A stretch of DNA of 62,503 nt, the filler included. It is 6 parts of 6 records of this genome, joined end to end, with 100 filler letters (N's around TTAATTAATTAA, not from the genome) between each part and the next. Parts side by side here need not be neighbours in the genome. Positions count along the whole stretch, not along the records: positions 33,382 to 38,758 come from SRR31156797_9203; positions 38,859 to 49,422 come from SRR31156797_9221; 4 more parts are not named here. The stretch is one strand, 5' to 3'. The notes under the pieces were generated by a model. It had not been told where the DNA came from and made no database searches. It saw only the letters and a list, made by a program, of their open reading frames with translations. Shown here piece by piece: positions 33,382 to 41,956 of this stretch (the first letter of the stretch is position 1; every line of letters begins with the position of its first letter). The translations under genes and the position numbers were made by a program.

Positions 33382-33661
33382 ATATTCACTTTCAAAAAAA
33401 GGATTGTGGGATATTACAAAAATGGCAGCGATTGAATTCGCACCTCGAATAAGGGTAAATGCAATTGCCCCCGGAGTTACTTTGGCGCCCGAAGAAAAAG
33501 ATGAAAGTTACCTGAAAAACCTGGCGAAAAATATTCCGATGAAAAAACCGGGAGGGCTCGATCCAATTTTAAACAGTGTGGAATTTATTTTGAAAAATGA
33601 ACATTTAACCGGACAATTACTTTTTGCCGATGGCGGTGAGAACCTTGGACAAAACATGTAA
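33382..33661 (+). CDS. SDR oxidoreductase, pteridine reductase/FolM-like (5' truncated)
   Basis: YSLSK (YxxxK), RVNAIAPG and TGQLLFADGG. Adjacent to pterin genes. Confidence 0.8.
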
Positions 33662-33664
33662 ATT

Positions 33665-34021
33665 ATGGCGAAAATAAGAGTAAAAAATTTGCTAATCAGA
33701 ACTTATATTGGTTTTAATCCTGATGAACTGGTGAATAAGCAAGATGTTGTGATTAATATGGAAATTGAGGCAGATATTCCCAAAAATGCATTGGAAGCCG
33801 ATGAGCCGGTCGGAATTTTCGATTATAAAACCATAACAAAAAAGGTAATTGCACATGTTCAGGAAGGACGGTTTAAATTACTTGAGGTACTTACCCAAAG
33901 TATACTTGAATTAATAATGGAAGATAAAAAGGTAAAATGGGCAAGGGTGGAAGTCGACAAACCACATGCTTTGCGTTTTGCCGAATCGGTTTCGTTAGAA
34001 ATGGAATGCAAAAATGAATAG
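33665..34021 (+). CDS. folX: Dihydroneopterin triphosphate epimerase FolX / FolB family protein
   Basis: IRVKNLLIRTYIG, QDVVIN, DYKTITK, RFKLLE and VDKPHALRFAESVS resemble E. coli FolX more than FolB (from recall, not alignment). Confidence 0.7.
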   Translation: MAKIRVKNLLIRTYIGFNPDELVNKQDVVINMEIEADIPKNALEADEPVGIFDYKTITKKVIAHVQEGRFKLLEVLTQSILELIMEDKKVKWARVEVDKPHALRFAESVSLEMECKNE

Positions 34022-34385
34022 TTGTATAATTGGTGTTGGTTCGAATATTGAAGCCGAAAAAAACATTGCAGAGATGTTATTCCGGCTAAAAGAAATAGTG
34101 CATATTATTCGTGTTTCGAGTTGGAAACAAACCAAACCAATTGGTATAAAAAACCAGCCCGATTTTACCAACGGTGCTGTAAAAATAGAAACCAGCCTGA
34201 GCAGGAGTGATCTAAACCACCAGTTAAAAGAAATTGAGGATAAAATGGGCCGCGATCGGTCGCTTCCAAAATTCGGACCTCGTAGTATCGATTTAGATAT
34301 TGCAGTTTGGAATGGAAAAATTGTTGACGAAGATTATTTCTCCCGCGATTTTTTACGAACCTCTGTTGATGAATTAATGTACTGA
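34014..34385 (+). CDS. folK: 6-hydroxymethyl-dihydropterin pyrophosphokinase (short form)
   Basis: IGVGSNI, QPDFTNGA, IEDKMGR and GPRSIDLDI. Confidence 0.88.
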   Translation: MNSCIIGVGSNIEAEKNIAEMLFRLKEIVHIIRVSSWKQTKPIGIKNQPDFTNGAVKIETSLSRSDLNHQLKEIEDKMGRDRSLPKFGPRSIDLDIAVWNGKIVDEDYFSRDFLRTSVDELMY

Positions 34386-34395
34386 AAGAAACAAA

Positions 34396-36915
34396 TTATT
34401 TAAATTGCAGCGAATAGTGCTTTATAAATTTGTCGAAACTCATTGAAAATGGTTCGCCCATATTTTCATTGTATTTCTGACAAAAATTTTCAAAATTGAA
34501 TTTTGCTAATCGAACATTATTTGCATTTTGAAGCACCAGAATTTGTAAATAAACCGCTTCTTCACTTAAATCATCATATTCAAGAATTCTTTTTGAAATG
34601 GATTCAATATTATCCAGCTTATTCTCGTTAATATAATACGATGCCAGTTTTATTAGGTTGTCAATCACCTGGTTTCCGGTAAGTCCGCGAATTTCGTCGA
34701 GCCACTCCCAATTCATTTCTTTTAAAAACCGGCCTTTTTTTACCAGTTCAAAAAACGCTTCCAGTTGTGGCTTTGTCATATCTCCCGAAATTTGGCAAAG
34801 TTGGCTGGCTTCAATAAAGTCGCAAAAGAAAGGAACACTTGTTTTTGCCTGTAAATATCCATTCCCTGCATGAATTTCTATGCCTTCTATACGATTTAAA
34901 ATTCTTCTGAGTTTATTTAAAGTTACTGCCCTGTTATTGGCTACTTTTTTCGATGGAATCCCCGGCCAGAGCTGTTCATTTATCTCTTGTACCAATGCAC
35001 CATTCTCGTTTTTTATTGTATGGATAAGAACAAACAACAACAGTTCCCTTACCTTGGGAGTGAATAGTTCAGAGATGTCATTTTTATCTTTATCGATGGC
35101 AATAAACTTCCCAAATAATCTTATCTGATTTGAAGTATCTGAGTTCGGAAGAAGAATGGTTTTTGCGCTTTTTTTTGTGCGTTTCTTTTTTAACCGAATC
35201 AATATGGCAAAAACAGTTATACCAAATAGCACAAAAGCAAAAAATACGGGAACAGAGAACTGATTAAAAAATCCGCTACTGTTATCTTCATTTTCCAGAA
35301 TAATATTTTCATTTAAGGCCAGCCTGTTAATCTCTTCAATTCCTAATGGCCTGTTCCAAAAATAAAGATCGTCGATATAACCACGTAAACTGGCACTACT
35401 CGAAAGAGCACTTCCGATAAGAATCTCACCCGAGCCAGAAAATGGGGGATGGCCATTGGAACTTCCTACGTTTTTACCATTGAGGAATATAGTTTGTTCG
35501 CCCGTTTCAATAATGTATCTCCAGGCTAAATGATACCAGATATCAGGTTTTAAAATTTCTTCAGAAACGTAATCATTTGCCCAAAGTCCAAAATAAGGAT
35601 GCCCCGATCGTAAAATCAGGTGAAACCCTCTTCTGTATCCACTTTCAGAGTTCCCGATAATAGCATTATCGCCAAATTCCAGGATGTCGGTGAATTTCAC
35701 AAAACAGCTCACGGTAAAACTACTGTTCCTGAATTCATATTCATCAGAGTTACCTATATTAATAATTGAATTTTCGGGCAATTTTAAAACATTTCCACGT
35801 TCAATATCCTGGGTAAACGAAAAATTTTCTCCCTTAAAAATTTTTGATGGTGCTAAATGGTTTATTACCACATTTTCAAAACTAAAACTACCGGTAAGTC
35901 CATCTGATAAATTTACAGGAGAAACCATAATGGAATAACTCTCGGGGATTTCCATTTCGCCAGTTACAACTATTTGTTCTGGAGTAGTAATATAACCAGG
36001 CACAAAAGGCGAAAGTGTAATTTCCTCTCCGCCCCGAATTGGGAAACAGAATTTCCCATATGTTGTGGTTACTTCCGGATTTTTCCAAAAAACACGTTCA
36101 ATTATTTTATTTGAATATTTTACAGTTCCCTTTATATAAGCAAACGAACTCAGTTGTGAAGATGTAAAATTATAATCAAGGAATGTCTCCCCAATAAAAA
36201 CAAGATTCGGACGTTTTCCAAACCTTGTCCAATTTTCAAGTAGATAATTTATATAGTCTGGAATAACATTGTTGGTTAATGTATTTGGAGCCGAACGAAC
36301 AGGTAGCTTATCGAGTTCATCAATCACAAAAAGTTCGGGGCTTAGCGCAGCTGTTGTTGCCGATAAATTTGTATTTCCGGGCAAATTACTGGTCGAAATG
36401 CGTAAAACATAATTGTCTAAATTATGCAGAATTTTACTTTCATTTTTATAGTCGCCATCAACAAAAAAAATTAACCGACGGTTGGCCTGAATTAAATATT
36501 CGATCGACGGCCAGGTCTCTCCGCGAGGTAAATAAAAAATTTTACTCGATACATTGGAATTTTCTATAATTGAATCTAAAACAGCAATATCTCCATTGAA
36601 ATGAAGGCAAACAGGAATAACTTTTGATTCTTCATTTTCTAAGATTTCGTCTAATTGCTGAATTATCGAGTTAAAATAATTTTTGTTTTTATGAATATAA
36701 ATTTCACCCTCCTTTTCGGTAACATTTAATTCAATTCCCGAATAACTATCCTGCTGAAAATATCTCCAAAAAATAGTATTATTTAAATTTGCTTCACTGC
36801 CTTCAATAATTATAAAACTATAATCAGAAAAATTATTGGCATTCGTCTTTCCCGAATACAAAATAAAAAATAGATAAACGAGATAAAAGAAATATTTAGA
36901 CAGTAGTTTTGGCAT
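34396..36915 (-). CDS. Membrane-spanning one-component regulator with LamG-like periplasmic domain and SARP/wHTH-like cytoplasmic domain
   Basis: Signal peptide, LamG motifs (WYHLAW, IFLNG, GYIDDLYFWNRPL), a TM helix, then IRLFG...FTPKVRELL...LWP...LNKLR and DDLSEEA. Confidence 0.7.
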   Translation of the reverse strand: MPKLLSKYFFYLVYLFFILYSGKTNANNFSDYSFIIIEGSEANLNNTIFWRYFQQDSYSGIELNVTEKEGEIYIHKNKNYFNSIIQQLDEILENEESKVIPVCLHFNGDIAVLDSIIENSNVSSKIFYLPRGETWPSIEYLIQANRRLIFFVDGDYKNESKILHNLDNYVLRISTSNLPGNTNLSATTAALSPELFVIDELDKLPVRSAPNTLTNNVIPDYINYLLENWTRFGKRPNLVFIGETFLDYNFTSSQLSSFAYIKGTVKYSNKIIERVFWKNPEVTTTYGKFCFPIRGGEEITLSPFVPGYITTPEQIVVTGEMEIPESYSIMVSPVNLSDGLTGSFSFENVVINHLAPSKIFKGENFSFTQDIERGNVLKLPENSIINIGNSDEYEFRNSSFTVSCFVKFTDILEFGDNAIIGNSESGYRRGFHLILRSGHPYFGLWANDYVSEEILKPDIWYHLAWRYIIETGEQTIFLNGKNVGSSNGHPPFSGSGEILIGSALSSSASLRGYIDDLYFWNRPLGIEEINRLALNENIILENEDNSSGFFNQFSVPVFFAFVLFGITVFAILIRLKKKRTKKSAKTILLPNSDTSNQIRLFGKFIAIDKDKNDISELFTPKVRELLLFVLIHTIKNENGALVQEINEQLWPGIPSKKVANNRAVTLNKLRRILNRIEGIEIHAGNGYLQAKTSVPFFCDFIEASQLCQISGDMTKPQLEAFFELVKKGRFLKEMNWEWLDEIRGLTGNQVIDNLIKLASYYINENKLDNIESISKRILEYDDLSEEAVYLQILVLQNANNVRLAKFNFENFCQKYNENMGEPFSMSFDKFIKHYSLQFK

Positions 36916-37152
36916 ACTTCGTTTGTGTTTTCTGAATGCTTAATTTTTAATTATTTCCAATTCAAATATATAATTTTTTTATTGAAGAGTGAATTTATTT
37001 ATCTTTTTTGTTGAAATTATAAAATTCAATAAATGAGGAATTTAGGTGTAAAATTAATAAGAAATTAATATTTTATTAACTGGAAGGTATGCTTTGAGTT
37101 AAGTTGGCGGTAATGTACAAGTCTTATTATTGCATTTAATACGTGATGAAAT

Positions 37153-38667
37153 ATGACCAGTAAGACAATTAAACGTAAACATTATTTGATTTTTATTGCC
37201 GGAGGCTTCCTGGCAATATTACTATTGGTATCATTTAATAAGGTGGTTGATTATACATCATCAAATGAGTCGTGTGCATCTTGTCATGTGCATCCTCATG
37301 CCGAGTCAACCTGGAGACTTTCTGCACATCATAATACGCCAAGTGGGGTATCAATAAAATGTGTCGACTGTCATTTGCCACCGGAAGATCAAACAGTACG
37401 TTTTTTAACGCGAAAAGCATATCATGGATTTCATGATTTATATGTTTATGCGACAAAAGATATTGATGAAATAAACTGGGAGGATAAAAGAACACTGGAA
37501 GTATCGCAAAAGTTTGTATATGAAGATGGATGCAAAAAATGCCATACCAACATGTTTCCTTCAACATTAAACGAGTTGGGAGCAGAATCGCATCTAAAAT
37601 ATATGCGCGATCCCGAATCGACTTCCTGTTTAAAATGTCATCCAGGAATTGGGCATTATCGAGGAGAAACAGGATTAGCCGTTGTGGAAGAAAACCTGCA
37701 GGAATCAAAAGAAATTTATAAACTACCAGCTAAAATAAATGAGTTTTCAGATTTCGTGGAAACAATACCTGAAACTTCAGTTTCATTTAAAATGATCGCA
37801 GTCTCCGGAGGAACCTTTAATATGGGTAGTCCGGGGGATGAAGCTTATCGTCGTTCTGACGAAGGGCCGGTCAGAGAGGTTGAAGTGAATGGTTTTTGGA
37901 TGGGCGAATTGGAAGTAACTTGGGATGAATATCTGGCATTCTTTTATGCAACAAGTTCGCAGGGGAGAAAAGAAGCGGAACTGGAAACCGATAACGAAGT
38001 TGATGGAATTACCGGAGCGACACCTCCTTGGGGCGCACCCGATCAAGGGTGGGGAAAAGGAAGTCGCCCGGCGATTACCATGAGTTATCATGCTGCAGAA
38101 ACATATTGCAGGTGGATTAGTAGTGTTACCGGGAAAAAATACCGATTGCCAACCGAAGCTGAATGGGAATATGCTGCAAGGGGAGGAACTTCGGGAGCAT
38201 ATTTCTTTGATGGTTCGCCTAAAGATTATGAATCGGATGGATTTATGAAAAAAATATTTGGGGTTGATACAACAACTATTAATTCATATGTAGTTTACCA
38301 GGAAAACAGTCCGTTTAAAACTCAAACGCCCGCTGTGGTTAAATCAAATCCTCTTGGTTTAAAAAATATGTTGGGAAATGTGGCTGAATTTTGTCTCGAT
38401 TATTACGATCCTCAGGTTTATGCCAAATATCCGAAAGGAGTTGTGAAAAATCCCCGAGGTCCAAGAGATGGTGAAGAACATGTGGTTAGGGGAGGTTCAT
38501 TTAAAAATTCGGCAAAAGATGTAAGGGTTGCCCGCCGCGACTATACAAGAACAACAGATTGGTTGGTAACCGATCCTCAAATACCAAAAAGTATCTGGTG
38601 GTATTCCGATTGCAAGAATGTTGGGTTCAGAGTAATATGTGAATACGATCCGGAAGATTTTCATTAG
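37153..38667 (+). CDS. NapC/NirT-type tetraheme cytochrome c fused to an FGE-sulfatase (SUMF1/PvdO-like) domain
   Basis: N-terminal TM and four CxxCH (CASCH, CVDCH, CKKCH, CLKCH), then FNMGS, RLPTEAEWEYAAR, MLGNVAE, RGGS and GFR. Confidence 0.88.
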   Translation: MTSKTIKRKHYLIFIAGGFLAILLLVSFNKVVDYTSSNESCASCHVHPHAESTWRLSAHHNTPSGVSIKCVDCHLPPEDQTVRFLTRKAYHGFHDLYVYATKDIDEINWEDKRTLEVSQKFVYEDGCKKCHTNMFPSTLNELGAESHLKYMRDPESTSCLKCHPGIGHYRGETGLAVVEENLQESKEIYKLPAKINEFSDFVETIPETSVSFKMIAVSGGTFNMGSPGDEAYRRSDEGPVREVEVNGFWMGELEVTWDEYLAFFYATSSQGRKEAELETDNEVDGITGATPPWGAPDQGWGKGSRPAITMSYHAAETYCRWISSVTGKKYRLPTEAEWEYAARGGTSGAYFFDGSPKDYESDGFMKKIFGVDTTTINSYVVYQENSPFKTQTPAVVKSNPLGLKNMLGNVAEFCLDYYDPQVYAKYPKGVVKNPRGPRDGEEHVVRGGSFKNSAKDVRVARRDYTRTTDWLVTDPQIPKSIWWYSDCKNVGFRVICEYDPEDFH

Positions 38668-38689
38668 ATAAAAAAACAACAAATATACC

Positions 38690-38758
38690 ATGGATAAGAA
38701 TCAACTTTCACGCAGAAATTTTCTTGAGAAATCGGCACTAATTGGTGCAGCCGGTTTA
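38690..38758 (+). CDS. Tat-exported protein, N-terminus only
   Basis: MDKNQLSRRNFLEKSALIGAAGL contains a twin-arginine motif and runs into the spacer. Confidence 0.7.
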
Positions 38759-38858
38759 NNNNNNNNNNNNNNNNNNNNNNNNNNNNNNNNNNNNNNNNNN
38801 NNTTAATTAATTAANNNNNNNNNNNNNNNNNNNNNNNNNNNNNNNNNNNNNNNNNNNN
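38759..38858. other. Artificial contig spacer
   Basis: N-run with TTAATTAATTAA linker. Confidence 0.99.
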
Positions 38859-38859
38859 T

Positions 38860-39357
38860 ACCATTGGAACTGAGGAGGATAGTAAAGCCTTGAACCTTGA
38901 AAAGCTACGTTACCACAAGGTGATCATCATGACGGATGCTGATGTGGATGGAAGCCATATCGCCACACTTATCCTTACCTTCTTCTTCAGGTATATGAAA
39001 GAACTTATTGAGAAGGGATATGTTTATATTGCCACACCACCACTTTATCTCATCCGTAAAGGGAAAGATGAGAAGTATTGCTGGTCAGAAGATGAAAGAC
39101 AGGCGTTGGTTAAAGAATGGTCGGCAGATGGTGAGGGTAAAGGGGTTCACATTCAGCGATATAAAGGTTTGGGTGAGATGAATTCAGAACAGCTTTGGAC
39201 AACCACCATGGACCCTTCCACCAGAATTCTTCGCCAGGTCACCATTGATAATGGTACGGAAGCCGACAGGATTTTTTCCATGCTGATGGGCGATGAAGTT
39301 GCCCCGCGCAGGGAGTTCATCGAAAAGAATGCAAAATATGCCAACATTGATGCATAG
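38860..39357 (+). CDS. gyrB: DNA gyrase subunit B, C-terminal fragment
   Basis: IIMTDADVDGSHI, QRYKGLGEM and LMGDEVAPRREFI. Confidence 0.95.
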   Translation, partial: TIGTEEDSKALNLEKLRYHKVIIMTDADVDGSHIATLILTFFFRYMKELIEKGYVYIATPPLYLIRKGKDEKYCWSEDERQALVKEWSADGEGKGVHIQRYKGLGEMNSEQLWTTTMDPSTRILRQVTIDNGTEADRIFSMLMGDEVAPRREFIEKNAKYANIDA

Positions 39358-39384
39358 ATAAATTTATTGCTTTTTTATTGTTAC

Positions 39385-39418
39385 AGGCCTTCCTGATTTA
39401 ATTGGGGAGGCTTTTTTT
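39385..39418 (+). terminator. Rho-independent terminator after gyrB
   Basis: GCCTTCC-loop-GGGAGGC hairpin followed by a T-tract. Confidence 0.65.
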
Positions 39419-39746
39419 ATCCCTCAAGTTTTTTCAACAATAAAAAAATCGAAACAATCACCAGCATGGCCACACCCATGCCGGTGAGCCTCAAAATTTG
39501 TTTGTGAGATTCTTTTTCTGCTTTGGTTTGATGATGCCTTAGATGTTGCTTTCGGTTTTCAATAATCATTCCTGCAATTGCACCTGTGGCAAGCCCACCC
39601 GTTGCCCCCGCACCAAACCAGATAAGTTCGGACCGGACAAATAACCACAACAAAAAATCGGCAATCAGACCAACAGCAATACCTACAGCCAGTGCAATGC
39701 CCAACCAGTAGCCGGCAGGATATTTCTTATTTTCTGAATTTCTCAT
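39417..39746 (-). CDS. Small Gly-rich membrane protein
   Basis: Three hydrophobic segments with GxxxG motifs. Confidence 0.7.
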   Translation of the reverse strand: MRNSENKKYPAGYWLGIALAVGIAVGLIADFLLWLFVRSELIWFGAGATGGLATGAIAGMIIENRKQHLRHHQTKAEKESHKQILRLTGMGVAMLVIVSIFLLLKKLEG

Positions 39747-39844
39747 AACAGTATTTTCGTGCTAACAACATGCAAATAAAGGTGCAAAGATTGTGATAAA
39801 AACAAATTATTCTATTTTTAGCTTTAATATAAAAATCTACGGAC

Positions 39845-40585
39845 ATGTTTGCCCAATACGATCTCGATAATTTGCCTGTAAAAAATCACTTCAGACTCAG
39901 GGGGTTACCAACAACACGGCTGGATACTTTTATAGATGCGGTTTTTGCTTTTGCCACCACAATGTTGGTGATTTCTGTTGGATCCATCCCGCAAACCTAC
40001 GAAGAGTTGGTCATTGCCATTAAAGGCATTCCTGCATTTATCGCCAGTTTTGCCCAGGTCTTGTTTTTTTGGTTGGGGCACCGCAGATGGAGCAGGTATT
40101 ATGGTGTGGAAAACGGCGGAACGATTTTCCTGAGTTTATCGCTGATTTTTGTGGTGCTGGTTTATATATATCCCCTTAAACTGATTTTCTCGGCCATGTT
40201 TTCCTGGTTCAGCAGGGGCTGGTTCCCGTCCGAATTTTTGGTTACAAAATCCAATGAACTGATTGGGCTGTTTGTGATCTATGGCCTGGGTACATTTATA
40301 TTGTCGGGGATTTTAGCACTGTTGTTCAGTAGGGCGATGCAAATGAAGGATGACCTAATGCTCAATAAAGCGGAGCAATTGTCCACCCGTTACGAGATGG
40401 TTTCATTTATAAATATTGCGGTAACGGGCCTTATTTCTGCTATGTTTGCTTTATTCGCACCTCCGGGATTAGCTGTGTTTGCTGGCTTTGTGTATGTATC
40501 TCTTGCGGTTTCGAGTCCGGTAATTTCTGTTTTTTACCACAATAAAATTGAGAAGGCTGCCCAGGGAAACAGCCCGGAAAATTAA
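39845..40585 (+). CDS. TMEM175/DUF1211 family channel protein
   Basis: RLDTFIDAVFAFATTML (variant of RxxxFSDxVFA), FWLGHRR and six TM segments. Confidence 0.8.
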   Translation: MFAQYDLDNLPVKNHFRLRGLPTTRLDTFIDAVFAFATTMLVISVGSIPQTYEELVIAIKGIPAFIASFAQVLFFWLGHRRWSRYYGVENGGTIFLSLSLIFVVLVYIYPLKLIFSAMFSWFSRGWFPSEFLVTKSNELIGLFVIYGLGTFILSGILALLFSRAMQMKDDLMLNKAEQLSTRYEMVSFINIAVTGLISAMFALFAPPGLAVFAGFVYVSLAVSSPVISVFYHNKIEKAAQGNSPEN

Positions 40586-40606
40586 CAAATTACGGGTGAT
40601 CAGACA

Positions 40607-41833
40607 CTACTTTTTCATGGGTTGATATTTCATATAAGTAAGCACTCGCCACAACCATTCCAGTGGTCCAAATTTGAATTTTTTGAGCCATAATGGTGAT
40701 ACGAACAACAGAATAATCCAGATGCCTGCAACAAAAAGTAACTGTTGCGACCTTTCTACCTGGCTGAAGAGCGCAAGGCCATTTCCATAAAAAATAAACA
40801 TACCCAGGATCGACATCAGGATGTAGTTTGTAAAAGCCATTTTCCCCACCGCCGACAACACTTTTTTAAAGCCGGAGAGCATACTCGATTTGGAAATCAA
40901 CATTACAATACCAATATACCCGAGTGCTGTAAAAACACTTCCGAAATAATTAAACTGACTTCCCGCAAATTGCGAATATCTCATTTCCCAGCCCGCTTCA
41001 AAGTTTTGATGGACACCAAAACCAGATAGGGTAAATCCGGCTAACAGTCCCACAATTACCATGCGTGTATAAAATGCGTTGGTTTTTTTTGCCAATAAAA
41101 CCCCTGATTTAAAAAGTGCCATACCCAGCAACATCATCGAAAATACCCGCCAGAATACAAACCAGAAAAATACAAAAGTTTCCATGAATATTGACTGCTT
41201 TACCCTGAAGTCCATTTGCTCCAACCAGCTACCACGCCGTATTTCAATTTCTTTGCTGATATCAGCAATGGCCGGCTGCCAGCTTTTCATGTTTTCATCA
41301 ATGGATTCCTGTGGCCAAAAATCCATGGTGGCATAACCAAATAGGCTTAAAAGCACCGGAACCACAAAAAAAGCAGCACCAACAATGAGCAATGTTTTAA
41401 TTTTGGTTTTGCGGAATACAAATGCCAGCATGCCACATAATGCATAAGCTACAAGAATATCACCGTACCAGACCAGGTAGGCATGCATGAGCCCGAAAAT
41501 AAGCAACCAGAACATGCGCCGGTAGTGCGGTGGGCCCGGGCGGTTGCCTTTTTCAATGGCTTTTGAAGTAAACAGCACAACGCCTGCACCAAAAAGCATC
41601 GAAAAGATGGCCATAAATTTATCGCTGGCCACAATATGCGATGCAATCCAAACCCATTTGTTGAATCCGGTAAGGTCGCCCCAGGCTGCCGGATTCATAT
41701 ATGCTGCAGAGATCATCGAAAAGCTCTGGATATTCATGATGAGAATGCCGAGTACTGCAATTCCCCGCAACAGGTCCAGAGAAACTATTCTTTCGGAAGG
41801 AACTGCAGGCGCAACTTGTGGGTTAAAATTCAT
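40607..41833 (-). CDS. DUF418 (YeiB-like) membrane protein
   Basis: RIVSLDLLRG, FSMLFG, WYGDIL, GKMAFTNY and GPLEWLWR. Confidence 0.9.
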   Translation of the reverse strand: MNFNPQVAPAVPSERIVSLDLLRGIAVLGILIMNIQSFSMISAAYMNPAAWGDLTGFNKWVWIASHIVASDKFMAIFSMLFGAGVVLFTSKAIEKGNRPGPPHYRRMFWLLIFGLMHAYLVWYGDILVAYALCGMLAFVFRKTKIKTLLIVGAAFFVVPVLLSLFGYATMDFWPQESIDENMKSWQPAIADISKEIEIRRGSWLEQMDFRVKQSIFMETFVFFWFVFWRVFSMMLLGMALFKSGVLLAKKTNAFYTRMVIVGLLAGFTLSGFGVHQNFEAGWEMRYSQFAGSQFNYFGSVFTALGYIGIVMLISKSSMLSGFKKVLSAVGKMAFTNYILMSILGMFIFYGNGLALFSQVERSQQLLFVAGIWIILLFVSPLWLKKFKFGPLEWLWRVLTYMKYQPMKK

Positions 41834-41956
41834 GGCTTATAATGTTTTCGTTAATGAATACATATAATTTTTAATTAAAAACTAATGTATCAATATATGC
41901 CAGCAAAAGTAACTGAATTTATATTTTTTTGGACATTGAACTTGAGGGCTGATGGA

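Noticed and set aside
39845-41833. TMEM175 and DUF418 as a novel system
   Set aside because: Common Bacteroidota genes in convergent orientation, with no evidence of functional linkage.
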